This document shows positions 9,335 through 19,407 of a DNA stretch of 64,000 nt, in pieces; the stretch's first letter is position 1; every line of letters begins with the position of its first letter. Both the position numbers and the translations under genes were made by a program. Under the pieces are notes generated by a model. That model saw nothing but the letters and a program-made list of their open reading frames with translations, did no database searches and was not told the DNA's origin. The DNA lies in the IMG/VR virus record IMGVR_UViG_3300021399_000141, one strand, 5' to 3'. The DNA is from a virus. Its lineage: Duplodnaviria > Heunggongvirae > Uroviricota > Caudoviricetes.

Positions 9335-12300
9335 ATGGCTAAAAGCAAAGAAGTACATGGCGGTGTAGTGAATCTGGGTGACATCATCAATCAGATCACA
9401 TCTACTACAGAGGATTTGGTAGGCATTATCGACGCGATCAATGCCAACTGCGACTATGCTTCTATAAGCAAAAAAGCAGACCAGGCTAGCAAAAACGTGC
9501 ATAATCTGATGCATGTTATGACTGACTTGTTCACATATATTCAAGAATCACTCACGAACTTAAAAGAGTTGAATGATGGAGACTCTGCGAAAAACCTACA
9601 ATCTATCCTAGTCGGATATGATCCTTCTGTTGATATTACAAAAACAGATTTTTCCAAAGTAGGCATACTTCAATTGTTGACAGGATTGTTTAAGATGATG
9701 GAAAACATCATCAATATGGAAATTCCTGGTCAAATTTCATTGATATGGAAGATGACTATGCTGAAGTTGGATGTGGACATTCTTGCTATAGGTATACGTG
9801 AATTGACATTGTCTGTTGGTGCATTGGCGATGATTCTAAATTCTGGTATAGGAAAAATGATTTTGACCAGCGTAAATAATATGATCAACCTGGCTATAGC
9901 ACTGGCAACCAAACTACAGGATTTTGAGGCTATAGATGCGCCGAATAACATCTCCATGCTTTACAAAACTCTTGTGCTATATCTAGACTTAAAGATACTT
10001 TCAGAATTTATAAACAAGCTCAATGTCTATGCACAAGAAAATATTCAGCTTGCCATTATAAAACAATTCATCATATCTACATCAACCGTTATTTCCGCCC
10101 TCAGATTGTTCACCGAATCAATCAATCAGTTCATGGACTTGGATGTGTCATCTGCCATGTCAGTTCGTAAAAGGATGAGAAATTTGACTCGGATAACACG
10201 AATACTGATATCAGGGTTGAATGAAATAGCAAAAACTATCAGTATAAATTTCAACCAGAAACGTCGCAACAAGCTGATGATGTCTATTTTTAATATGACG
10301 GTGATGTTCGCTCTTTTGAAAATAGCCATAGAGCAGATAGCCATAACTGTCGCAGTCATATCTGTAATCGGTGTGTTGGTATTGTTGCTGTTCATCCCAT
10401 TCATCTTAGGATTGGCATCTATAGTAGTAGCATTCGGAATCATGGTTAAAATGATTAAGTTGATGGCGAAACTAGCGAGAAGAGCAGCATTCCAAGCTAT
10501 AAAGGTAGTGGTGCCTATGATAGTAGTATGCGGTGTGCTCATGATTATAGCGGCCACACTAATGATGATAGTATTAGCGGGCAAGGTATTGCAAGATAAT
10601 CTATTAAGTACTCTCATCACTATAGGATTCATGGGATTGATAGTATTAGCTATTGCCGGATTTATGGCACTAGCATCTTTTGTTGCACCATTTGTGTTGG
10701 TAGGTGTTATAGCCATGGCTGCGATCACCATAGGTGTCTTGGCCTTGTTAGCACTTGCTACTATGTTGATAATGATTGTATGGATTGCAAAATATTTGGA
10801 TGCGGATGCTGTTATAATTTCAGTTGATAAGATCATAAGCACTGCCGAACAAGTGATTCAAACCGTTCTCAACGCTGATTTCAAACGTACCAAAGAAGAT
10901 ACTGATAGAAGTTGGATCAGAACCATACTCGGAAAAGTACTAGGTCAAGAAGCACTAGGTATATTCGATCTGATTATTAAGGTCACCATACTATTCTTGA
11001 CAGTGTTTGTAGTGATCACTTTGATAGTATTAGTGGGGGTCATCATAGGACTAACCAAGTTGTACGAGGCTAACAAATCGATCCTAGACAACGCCCCTGC
11101 GGTAGTAGTCTCTATCGTCGAAGGCGCATATCACATCATAGACACAGTCATAAACTATAAACCCAATGCCGAAATGGGTGAAGAGGATGATAAGTTCTCC
11201 AAGTTGATATCGTATGTCTCTGGTTCGGACTTTGTGACTATATTTAAACTACTCACCAAAGTAGTAGTTGTGGCACTAACGGTCGTTGTATTGGCTATGC
11301 TAGCACTACTGGTGAAGGAGATGAAATGGATGGTCGAGGCTACAGATGGTTTGGACTTCAATATGATAGAAACTCGTGTTGGCGACATCATGAAAGCTGT
11401 TGGTAACATCATAGGCATCTTATCAGAGCCTGCTGAAGAACCGAACGGTAAACCACGTAAGGGATTGTCCAAATTACTTCAGACCATAGGTCTAGGTAAT
11501 CTAGCGGATGTCGTGGATCTATTGTGTGCTTTCGTACGAATTGGTATATCTGTAGCAGCTCTGTCTGTTGTACTAGCCGCTGCAAACATCATGAAGTCTT
11601 GCTGGGAGACTTATAATGAGATGGGTGGTGAGAAGATCGGAACTAACGCTGCAGCTATGACCAATGGATTGCTCCGAGGGTTAGACTCCATCATAGTAAC
11701 CCTCAACGATTCCAAGGTTAAGTTGGGTGATGTGGATGACAGCCTAGAATCATTGCAAGCCACCATTCCATTGTTCACAACCATCATGAACATCACCAAG
11801 CTCATGAAAAAGGCTGTAAACGAGCTGCAGAGTATCGATGATGCTAACCTACAGAAGATAGATATTACCTGCAAGAAGATATCCGAATCGTTCAACCAAC
11901 TACTGGATGGTGAAGAAGGTCTCCTACCGTTTGTGGTAGAGCATTCACAATCCTATAGTGCCGTGGTCAAGGATACTGATAGGTTGATCAACCGAATCAA
12001 CGGTTTGAATATCAGCAAGTTGGATTCACTTGCTAAGATGTTCGGTCATGCTGCTGCATTCGCTCAGGCAATTGATGGTAACTTCGACAGACTTGCTGAT
12101 GTCATCAACGAGAAACTCGCACCCATCCTGGAAGGTCTCCAAAAGACGATTGATAATGCTGATCAACACATCAAAGAATATACCGAGAAGCAAAACCAAG
12201 CACCTGCTCAGGTTGCACAAACTACTGTAGTCGCACCAGTTGCCTCAGGTCCTGTTCCTCCTGGAGGTGCTAATCCTACACTACAAGGTGCCGGTCAAAA

Positions 12301-12409
12301 CAAGGATGTTCAAGCGGCTGCACAAGTGGATATAACATCACAGATCGAATCAGCATTGCGTAGCTTCTTCAGAACCAATGATGGCAAGATATTGGTTAGC
12401 ACAACGTAA
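9335..12409 (+). CDS. large membrane-spanning coiled-coil protein, tape-measure-like
   Basis: 1024 aa; central block of many hydrophobic helices flanked by long helical Ala/Leu-rich regions, Gly/Pro-rich C-terminus; composition typical of tail tape measure or ejection proteins. Confidence 0.45.
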   Translation: MAKSKEVHGGVVNLGDIINQITSTTEDLVGIIDAINANCDYASISKKADQASKNVHNLMHVMTDLFTYIQESLTNLKELNDGDSAKNLQSILVGYDPSVDITKTDFSKVGILQLLTGLFKMMENIINMEIPGQISLIWKMTMLKLDVDILAIGIRELTLSVGALAMILNSGIGKMILTSVNNMINLAIALATKLQDFEAIDAPNNISMLYKTLVLYLDLKILSEFINKLNVYAQENIQLAIIKQFIISTSTVISALRLFTESINQFMDLDVSSAMSVRKRMRNLTRITRILISGLNEIAKTISINFNQKRRNKLMMSIFNMTVMFALLKIAIEQIAITVAVISVIGVLVLLLFIPFILGLASIVVAFGIMVKMIKLMAKLARRAAFQAIKVVVPMIVVCGVLMIIAATLMMIVLAGKVLQDNLLSTLITIGFMGLIVLAIAGFMALASFVAPFVLVGVIAMAAITIGVLALLALATMLIMIVWIAKYLDADAVIISVDKIISTAEQVIQTVLNADFKRTKEDTDRSWIRTILGKVLGQEALGIFDLIIKVTILFLTVFVVITLIVLVGVIIGLTKLYEANKSILDNAPAVVVSIVEGAYHIIDTVINYKPNAEMGEEDDKFSKLISYVSGSDFVTIFKLLTKVVVVALTVVVLAMLALLVKEMKWMVEATDGLDFNMIETRVGDIMKAVGNIIGILSEPAEEPNGKPRKGLSKLLQTIGLGNLADVVDLLCAFVRIGISVAALSVVLAAANIMKSCWETYNEMGGEKIGTNAAAMTNGLLRGLDSIIVTLNDSKVKLGDVDDSLESLQATIPLFTTIMNITKLMKKAVNELQSIDDANLQKIDITCKKISESFNQLLDGEEGLLPFVVEHSQSYSAVVKDTDRLINRINGLNISKLDSLAKMFGHAAAFAQAIDGNFDRLADVINEKLAPILEGLQKTIDNADQHIKEYTEKQNQAPAQVAQTTVVAPVASGPVPPGGANPTLQGAGQNKDVQAAAQVDITSQIESALRSFFRTNDGKILVSTT

Positions 12410-12480
12410 TTTTATTGAGAAATATCGAAAATTGTCAAAATGCTTCATTTATTTTTTAGGAAATCAAACCTATCAAGTAA

Positions 12481-13071
12481 ATGAAGTATTTTATTGTTGG
12501 ACTTCATGGTAGTGGCAAGCAAGAAGTAGTGGATATTCTCGAACACCAAGGCGTCGCGTGCGGAAAGTTGTTCTCGAATATTGAAGCTCCATCGGATACG
12601 ATATATGGTAGTTACAACTACGAACTCGTCAGCACAGCCGACATCAATGAAGTATTCGAAAACAATGCCTACGTGTTCTTACGCGAACTAAAACACGGTA
12701 CAGAGAAGTACTATGAAGGGCTATCCACTTACGATGTGGAAAACAATGATGTGTTCGTATTATCACCGGATCAACTGGTGGCCATCTCTCCAAAACTCAT
12801 GCCTGAAGACGTGTGTTTCATCTGGTTGGACAATACCAAAGCCAATCGATACAATCGTTATCGTGATGAACGTTGCTCGTATAATTTCAATGAGCGAGAG
12901 GAACTCGAGCGCCAGGATCTTAACATCTTTATTAAGAATATGTACGCATACGACAAGAATCATGTGCTTTATTTCATGAATGACGACCCAGTTCGTATAG
13001 CAGCTATCGTGTTTGCGTTAGTTCAACATGAAGACTTGTTGCCTGCATTCAGTCAAGCATTTAGCAGTTAA
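12481..13071 (+). CDS. P-loop NTPase, nucleoside or nucleotide kinase-like
   Basis: Walker A GLHGSGKQEV near N-terminus. Confidence 0.45.
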   Translation: MKYFIVGLHGSGKQEVVDILEHQGVACGKLFSNIEAPSDTIYGSYNYELVSTADINEVFENNAYVFLRELKHGTEKYYEGLSTYDVENNDVFVLSPDQLVAISPKLMPEDVCFIWLDNTKANRYNRYRDERCSYNFNEREELERQDLNIFIKNMYAYDKNHVLYFMNDDPVRIAAIVFALVQHEDLLPAFSQAFSS

Positions 13072-13091
13072 ACAAAAATATCAGTAAGATT

Positions 13092-13772
13092 ATGATGCCA
13101 CAATTTGGAATAGACGGACCAGTGCTCGATGATACCGTATGGTACAACGCCAAGACTGGTGATTCATTCAAAGTTCGTAGTAACTATTTTGAGGACAACA
13201 ACATGATTGTTCAGACCTATGATGGTCGTCGACTCAATCTTAATCAATTAACGGAATACGTTCAGTGGACAGGCAAAGATCTTCCTCCTAAGAAGCCTAT
13301 CTCACAACCTTCTAAGACTACAAAAGAAGAACTCCCACCAGAGATCGCTGCAGAGATCGGAGATGCTCCTGAAGAAGGACTCATCGATCCAGAAGATCTT
13401 GCTATGATCAATGGAGCAAAACCGGTGGCTCCAAAGGAGTCTCGTCAGTTGAACTTACCTGTATCCAAAACACAAACATCCAATCGCGCATTCATCGAGA
13501 AGGCATTGAGCAAAGCCAAATTCCCGAACTGGAGTATAGTCATGAAATGGCCGAACTTCCCTCAGAACGAGATATCATTGTTGTTCCGCTCTATGGACAT
13601 ACCTATCGATGAGATTGCGGATTATTATTTGGATAACATCACTCAGGAGTTTGACTCATTCATGGGTAATATCAAAAAGCAACTCCATAATTATCTGATT
13701 GAGAAGATAATCCCAAAAGAAGAGACTGATGCGAAAGCCAAAACTACCAAAACTACTATAAAAAAGAAGTAA
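13092..13772 (+). CDS. hypothetical protein
   Basis: ORF track 226 aa. Confidence 0.5.
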   Translation: MMPQFGIDGPVLDDTVWYNAKTGDSFKVRSNYFEDNNMIVQTYDGRRLNLNQLTEYVQWTGKDLPPKKPISQPSKTTKEELPPEIAAEIGDAPEEGLIDPEDLAMINGAKPVAPKESRQLNLPVSKTQTSNRAFIEKALSKAKFPNWSIVMKWPNFPQNEISLLFRSMDIPIDEIADYYLDNITQEFDSFMGNIKKQLHNYLIEKIIPKEETDAKAKTTKTTIKKK

Positions 13773-13775
13773 GTT

Positions 13776-14324
13776 ATGAATCCAGATGATATGTTCGAAC
13801 AGGCGGAGAATCAGGTTACAGAGTTAATCGATCCGGATCAAATAGTGAATATAGATATTGATGCACTAGGTGAAGAGTCCAAGGATGAGGCCCTTCAACT
13901 TATTACAGACATATCACATTTCTACTACGATCCCGATTTTATGAAGGAACACCCTGCCTTCAAGAAACGCGTGGATGCAGATTTAGAGTCTATACGTATC
14001 AATCTCAAGATGCGTAAAGCCGATGAGGTGGCACATGATATCCTTCTGAAGAACATCGGAAACAATCCAGGTAATGCTAGTCTATATCGCGCACTGACTG
14101 AGACCCAACGCACTATCCTCAATATCACATCCAAGATAGAGGAGACTGTTCAGCGCCTCAATACCATGATGAAGGCTTATCAGATGGAAATAAATTTTGA
14201 GCCCCAACAAGAAGCTCAACCAGAAAATGGTCAGCCAGCTAATATACATCGTGGTTCTAAAGCCTTCATTGAGGAAATGGGCAAAGTTAATGATGATGAA
14301 GTTACCATTCCTGAGGAAGAATAA
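13776..14324 (+). CDS. hypothetical acidic protein
   Basis: ORF track 182 aa. Confidence 0.5.
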   Translation: MNPDDMFEQAENQVTELIDPDQIVNIDIDALGEESKDEALQLITDISHFYYDPDFMKEHPAFKKRVDADLESIRINLKMRKADEVAHDILLKNIGNNPGNASLYRALTETQRTILNITSKIEETVQRLNTMMKAYQMEINFEPQQEAQPENGQPANIHRGSKAFIEEMGKVNDDEVTIPEEE

Positions 14325-14387
14325 GCATAAACCTCATTTATTTCGCGTCTAATGCGATGAAATGCTCAAACTGATAACTTATATAGC

Positions 14388-14421
14388 TAAAAAAAGATCG
14401 CTCGTTAAAAGCGATCTTTTT
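14388..14421. terminator. bidirectional rho-independent terminator between convergent plus and minus modules
   Basis: aaaaaaagatcgctcgttaaaagcgatctttttt: 8-bp stem flanked by A-run and T-run. Confidence 0.6.
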
Positions 14422-14554
14422 TAGTTTATCAACATTTCTGCTTGTGACTTGTCTTTGGTCTTGAATATAGGACATCGTCCCCAGGTTTCACTGGTCCTGT
14501 ATACTACCCAGTAATCTCCTTCCTTTTCGATCTTGTCCATAGTACTGCGATTTA

Positions 14555-15073
14555 TTAGAATGGTTCTTCCCATCCCATTGCGAATGATCTGAACATGAGA
14601 TTCAACTGTTCATCGTCCTGACGACATGTTAGTCTGATAACATCCCCTATTGTCTTTTCGTGTTTGACACTGACTGACGTCTTCAAATCCTTGAATACAA
14701 CCAGATATAGTGAGGTGTTCTCGGTGACGGAGGTCTTGTGCTCTTTGTAAGCCTTTTTGAATATATCACGTATATACTCAAATCTGCTCGACTTATGTTT
14801 AGCGGTAAATGAATAAACTCGAGCACCTGATACACCATATGCATTACCGCTGGGTTGACCGTATCTGTCTTCTCGTCTACCCCAGTCCTGTATCTTGGCA
14901 TGATACTTCAACTCCTTGAATACATCGCTGACAGGTTTGAGGATATTCATTATATCTTCATATTTAGCCAAGCCTTTGATGGCTTTGTCCTCCATGCTAA
15001 TATCTATATCATTATCTAATATGCTTTCGTACAGAGTCTTCATATATGTATATATAATAACAAAGTCTTGCAA
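14555..15073 (-). CDS. hypothetical protein
   Basis: ORF track 172 aa. Confidence 0.5.
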   Translation of the reverse strand: MQDFVIIYTYMKTLYESILDNDIDISMEDKAIKGLAKYEDIMNILKPVSDVFKELKYHAKIQDWGRREDRYGQPSGNAYGVSGARVYSFTAKHKSSRFEYIRDIFKKAYKEHKTSVTENTSLYLVVFKDLKTSVSVKHEKTIGDVIRLTCRQDDEQLNLMFRSFAMGWEEPF

Positions 15074-15085
15074 GCTTTTGAGATT

Positions 15086-15112
15086 GCATTAAAAAAGGAG
15101 ACCTACTCGGTC
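15086..15112 (-). terminator. rho-independent terminator
   Basis: ggagacctactcggtctcc hairpin; T-run on minus strand after gene 15143..15904. Confidence 0.5.
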
Positions 15113-15142
15113 TCCTTTGTGCCTATTTTCATCATTCAGTAT

Positions 15143-15904
15143 TTACACTGCTTCACCTTTCAGTGCCTTTTTGACTTCTTCTGCAGTAATTTTGGATGAG
15201 CCTGTTATATCAATAGATATATTATCTACATTAGTATGTTTCTTAAAAGTCTCTGAATCGAACTCTTTGAAACAATCGATTTTCATATTAGCTAAGGTTA
15301 GTTCTTTCAATCCAGCAGGTAATGATTTTATGCTAGGACAACTTTTTAGATCCAGTAATTCAACATGTGATTTGGCGTTTATGCTAAATGATTCTGGACC
15401 ATTCCACCCGAATCCCCAATCTACCTCAATGCTATGTAGATTGATAGCAGGCTCGATATCTATATCATCAGAAGTATTCAGAGTTAGATGTCGAAGTTCT
15501 GAAGGTTTCACTTTTTTGAAGTAATCATTTACCACATTGGAATTTGCATGTGCAATTGTAACATATTCAAATTGATCGGGTAGAACTTCAATATCCCTGA
15601 TTTTTTTCACGTTTTCACAATTTATAGTTAAACTGTTTATGACCTTCGTTCTTTTACCTGCATAGAAATGTTTGTATTTACCTATATTTAACGCGTCACC
15701 AGCAGGTTTCAGATAGAGGCCAAAACGTTCTGCGGTTGTTCTTGAAGGAATAATATATACATCACCATCCTTTATGAACATATCTTTAACATCCTGTGGG
15801 TATTCGAGGATGTTAACTATGCTTTGTATTTCTGGATCATCTGACATGAACGGTTTGCTTTCTATAATCAGTTGTTCGTTAATGAAATCTACAATATCTT
15901 TCAT
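15143..15904 (-). CDS. hypothetical protein
   Basis: ORF track 253 aa. Confidence 0.5.
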   Translation of the reverse strand: MKDIVDFINEQLIIESKPFMSDDPEIQSIVNILEYPQDVKDMFIKDGDVYIIPSRTTAERFGLYLKPAGDALNIGKYKHFYAGKRTKVINSLTINCENVKKIRDIEVLPDQFEYVTIAHANSNVVNDYFKKVKPSELRHLTLNTSDDIDIEPAINLHSIEVDWGFGWNGPESFSINAKSHVELLDLKSCPSIKSLPAGLKELTLANMKIDCFKEFDSETFKKHTNVDNISIDITGSSKITAEEVKKALKGEAV

Positions 15905-15971
15905 GTATTAAATTTATTTGCCTATATAATAAAAAAAAAAGAGACTTTTTACAGCCTTCTTAAAAATGTAG

Positions 15972-16045
15972 TTGCGGGAGGTGGGTTCGAACCACCGACC
16001 TCCAGGTTATGGGCCTGGCGAGCTACCACTGCTACTCATCCCACA
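15972..16045 (-). tRNA. tRNA-Met (anticodon CAT)
   Basis: T-arm GGTGG-TTCGAAC-CCACC, anticodon loop CCCATAA, acceptor with one GU. Confidence 0.55.
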
Positions 16046-16047
16046 AG

Positions 16048-16122
16048 TGGCCCCTGCAGGACTCGAACCTGCGACATCTTGCTTGTAAGGCAAGCGCTCT
16101 GAACCAACTGAGCTAAAGGGCC
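16048..16122 (-). tRNA. tRNA-Val (TAC)
   Basis: cloverleaf by eye; anticodon loop CTTACAA; D-arm GCTCAGTTGGTTCAGAGC. Confidence 0.7.
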
Positions 16123-16232
16123 TTATAGTACGTCTCTCCGTACTGTCACCGATCTCTATAGACGCGCGGTTCTCGGTCCGTTCGGTAGCGCCTATCCAAA
16201 TCCCGAACTTACATGTAGTAAACGTTGGATTG

Positions 16233-16305
16233 TAGCCCCAACGGGATTCGAACCCGTGTTTCCTCCGTGAAAGAGAGATGTCCTAGTCCACTAGACGATA
16301 GGGCT
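16233..16305 (-). tRNA. tRNA-Glu (TTC)
   Basis: T-arm ACGGG-TTCGAAT-CCCGT; anticodon loop CTTTCAC. Confidence 0.6.
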
Positions 16306-16539
16306 GTATAACATGTGGTAATCATCCACTAACGGTAAGTTTCGTACCGATGAAACTTTTACCGGAGCTTCATAAAACCTTGCTCTGTCTCGTAGAACTA
16401 CGGTATTCCATTTTGATTATCGGTGGAACTTCTCTATGACCGATATTCGTATTAGGTTTTAAGGTGTCATCCGACTTATGGTACCTAATTTAAGGAAACT
16501 GCGCCCTTCGTCTTTTCAGACTTCGCGAGTTTGTATTGA

Positions 16540-16742
16540 AACCTCTCCAACCACTCCCTTCGTGACATAGGTCAATATCCAAGGGCTGTTACTATCCTAG
16601 AGACCAATTCAAGCAACCGATATGTGAATAGTTGGATTTGTATTGAAACTTCTCCAGCTATACCCTTCGTGACATGGGTCAATATCCAAGGGCTGTTACT
16701 ATCCTAGAGACCAATTCAAGTAACCGGTGAGTGAATAGTTGG
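16540..16742. repeat. two tandem copies of an approximately 100-bp repeat
   Basis: copies 16540-16644 and 16646-16742 about 90 percent identical; each ends in gtgaatagttgg, also found at the adjacent tRNA-like gene. Confidence 0.7.
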
Positions 16743-16797
16743 GCTCGAACCAACGACATACCTTCTTTGGTGCTCTACCATCTGAGCTATATTCACT
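16731..16797 (-). ncRNA. tRNA-like gene lacking a canonical anticodon arm
   Basis: perfect acceptor GTGAATA/TATTCAC, D-arm GCTC-AGATGGTA-GAGC, T-arm GTTGG-TTCGAGC-CCAAC, but only 17 nt between D and T arms. Confidence 0.4.
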
Positions 16798-16869
16798 AAC
16801 TTACTTTATCCATAGATTTCATGAGACTTTAAGCGCGCTCTATCTCCTACGTCTATCCAATTTCAGCTG

Positions 16870-16956
16870 CGGAGAGTGCAGGATTCGAACCTGCGAGTCC
16901 CTTACGGGACTACTGGTTTAGCAAACCAGCGCCTTCAGCCACTCGGCCAACTCTCC
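16870..16956 (-). tRNA. tRNA-Ser (GCT)
   Basis: type II with long variable arm; anticodon loop TTGCTAA. Confidence 0.7.
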
Positions 16957-17067
16957 AAACAATACTCCAATACCCAATGGTTTGAATACTCAGGGACGAA
17001 CATTTGACTGTTCCAGATAATGATACAGGTTGCGATCCTATATGTCACATCTGCACTGGGATTCTGG

Positions 17068-17157
17068 CGGAGAGTGAGGGATTCGAACCCCCGGGACGCT
17101 CATCACGCCCACGAATTTTCAAGATTCGCACGATAAACCGGACTCTGACAACTCCCC
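17068..17157 (-). tRNA. tRNA-Ser (TGA)
   Basis: type II; anticodon loop CTTGAAA; promoter motif immediately upstream. Confidence 0.65.
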
Positions 17158-17164
17158 ATTTATT

Positions 17165-17210
17165 GTTCTTCTATATAATATATAAGAAAGAATGTCAAAA
17201 TTTTAGTGGG
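17165..17210 (-). promoter_or_regulatory. phage promoter motif CACTAAAATTTTGACA-N-TTATATATTATATAG upstream of tRNA-Ser
   Basis: member of the roughly 20-copy bipartite motif family; 30 nt upstream of tRNA 5-prime end. Confidence 0.5.
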
Positions 17211-17312
17211 AAAATAAAAAAAAAATAAGGTATTATCCTTCTAGGTCATCCATCAGAGGACGTTCATCCACTTCAAATACCGGTTCTCTTTTCATAATAA
17301 TCCTTTTTTTTG

Positions 17313-17386
17313 TGGACCCTGTGGGACTTGAACCCACGACCCCCTGCTTGCAAAGCAGGTGCTCTAGCCAACTGAGCTAAGGGCCC
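17313..17386 (-). tRNA. tRNA-Ala (TGC)
   Basis: anticodon loop TTTGCAA; D-arm GCTCAGTTGGCTAGAGC. Confidence 0.7.
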
Positions 17387-17537
17387 TTAGAGGCGGTGCA
17401 ACGACTTTTCTATCCGCCGTTAAGTCACTACGTCCGTTGCTGACGTCTGTGTCGTTCCTACTCCATCTTGTACACAGAAGTTCGCTGAAACTATCTTTTT
17501 GTTGCCACATTGTTAAGAGGTGTGGAGCCGCGAAAGG

Positions 17538-17610
17538 AGCCTCCTGTCAGACTCGAACTGACGACCTGTTCATTACAAGTGAACCGCTCTACCAACTGAG
17601 CTAAAGAGGC
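17538..17610 (-). tRNA. tRNA-Thr (TGT)
   Basis: anticodon loop CTTGTAA; T-arm GTCAG-TTCGAGT-CTGAC. Confidence 0.7.
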
Positions 17611-17614
17611 AAAA

Positions 17615-17636
17615 AGCAACCGGCGAAGGTTGCTCT
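17615..17636 (-). terminator. hairpin plus T-run immediately upstream of tRNA-Thr
   Basis: gcaaccggcgaaggttgc stem followed by TTTTT on minus strand. Confidence 0.4.
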
Positions 17637-18487
17637 ATGTCATCTGCCTGAGAACTTAGGCTTTGGTGATATCATTGCGATAGGGTTGGACCTATCTGTT
17701 CACACTCTGTATTTCTACAGCGTAGATACCATGCACATCAGTTTTGAAAAACTGCCAAACTCTTACTCAACATCGTCGTAAATTTCCTTTCTGTACCACC
17801 TACTTGCGGATTCGAAGGGTGCCCCCTCCTCGGTCGATACTTACTTGTACTCTTTTGTGATTTTCCTTGCGAGAATCTCACATCCTCGTATTGCAGAGGA
17901 ACAAGTGCATTTTAGATGTCAAGTGTCGCACACTTTTGCTGACCTATATTAAACTTTACTGATTCATTATCGTTGTCAGTAGTAGGGATCGAACCTACAG
18001 TCTAGTAACCATTTTTAAGAGATGTGGTGCGACCCAACGCATTCGTACCTTTTGGATACGACCCACGTAAACACCTCTCTGTCCTTCGTGCTTCCTACAG
18101 CACTATTAACTGTCCGTTTCGTTCAAATCATTTCTGATGTTAAACTAGTCCTTCCGTGCAGCAGCAATTGATTAGGAGTTCTTTCACCGCTACCAACTTA
18201 AACCTTTATTGGGTTTTTATCCCTCAAGTCAGGAGTTTCACCCGACTCACTCGTACTTCAGTCTCACCATTTGGCATTGACGCTGATCCCTTTTGCGGAT
18301 TCTCCCATACGAGTGATGTTCTAGTTCTTTTCCGTGGACAGGTTCTTTTATCAACCTGCGCTCTAACTGTGTTACTGGGTTAGGGCTTTATAGTATTACT
18401 ACTTTATCCTTAACAGCTCCGAAAGCGAACTGGAGACCTTCCGCGGACACTTCCGCTAGTCTAACAAGGTGGTTTATTTCCTTGTTC

Positions 18488-18524
18488 AATTATAATATAT
18501 AGAAATGATCAAAAATTTTAGACC
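18488..18524 (-). promoter_or_regulatory. phage promoter motif variant (TCTAAAATTTTTGATCA ... TATATATTATAAT)
   Basis: heads an ORF-free roughly 850-nt minus-strand region. Confidence 0.4.
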
Positions 18525-18548
18525 TGGTGTATTTTTTTTTTGATTTTT

Positions 18549-19070
18549 TTACATCTCGCGTGTTTTTGCCTTGATCAGTTCCGTCAGATGTCCATCTCCG
18601 TACCCAGTTACAGGCTGGAAACCCAGCTCCACTTGGATATTGTCTTCGTCACCCTCATCTACCCAGGCTCGACATAAGAATCCACCTGTACCGATCATAG
18701 CAAACGCCTCATCGTGGTCTGTATAATTGCACACCAGCTGTTGTAATGTATTGCGGATATTGTCTTTGGCACAGTCCAGGATATCCTTGCGAGTTGCAGG
18801 ACTGTTTACATATATCCATTTCATATCTTCCATGATTTTGTATACACGTTCCATGTTCATGCCAGATATGACTTGATCTACAATATCTTCAATCAAGGTC
18901 TGATATGTCTTTTGAGACTTTTCCTGCGACAACGGTTGCTTAGTGATGCTTTCACTAGTCGATGTGTTCTCTTCATCTAATTGATTAAGCATCAAAATGG
19001 CATCGTTGACATTGATCTTGTGATCGCGCAGCATGTTAAGTATGCTTGCTCGCTGTTCTTCCTTTGTCAT
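18549..19070 (-). CDS. hypothetical acidic protein
   Basis: ORF track 173 aa. Confidence 0.5.
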   Translation of the reverse strand: MTKEEQRASILNMLRDHKINVNDAILMLNQLDEENTSTSESITKQPLSQEKSQKTYQTLIEDIVDQVISGMNMERVYKIMEDMKWIYVNSPATRKDILDCAKDNIRNTLQQLVCNYTDHDEAFAMIGTGGFLCRAWVDEGDEDNIQVELGFQPVTGYGDGHLTELIKAKTREM

Positions 19071-19190
19071 AATGTATAATCATTTTCGTTGGTTTCGTTA
19101 TCGTATTCATGGACAGACTCGTAGTCATATCTGGTGCGTCTTTTCTTTCGAGTACACTTACGATAGAGTGCGAGTTCTTGTTCTGTCATA

Positions 19191-19406
19191 TTAGAATTCT
19201 ATTTTTCCTGCAGCTAATAAAGCATCGTGTTCACGTGCGATTTTATTAGTCTCTGAGTCAGGATCGTTCAGTTCGCGTACTATGTCTTCTGCGCGTCTAC
19301 GGACTTCATCGCGATAGTTAGGAGTGTCGTACGGGACGCAGTCACAGATGATACACATAGTGTTCTGTACTTCTGCCTCGAACTCTTCTGGTGTCATGTT
19401 GAGCAT
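19191..19406 (-). CDS. hypothetical small protein
   Basis: ORF track 71 aa. Confidence 0.4.
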   Translation of the reverse strand: MLNMTPEEFEAEVQNTMCIICDCVPYDTPNYRDEVRRRAEDIVRELNDPDSETNKIAREHDALLAAGKIEF

Positions 19407-19407
19407 A

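Noticed and set aside
16540-16742. Possible CRISPR array (direct repeats)
   Set aside because: Only two copies of a 100-bp unit, directly abutting with no spacers. It is not a CRISPR. No CRISPR arrays seen anywhere in the window.
17247-17300. 17-aa minus-strand ORF MKREPVFEVDERPLMDDLEG between tRNA-Ala and the tRNA-Ser promoter
   Set aside because: Too short, with no conserved features. It is noted only because the spacer is otherwise unexplained.
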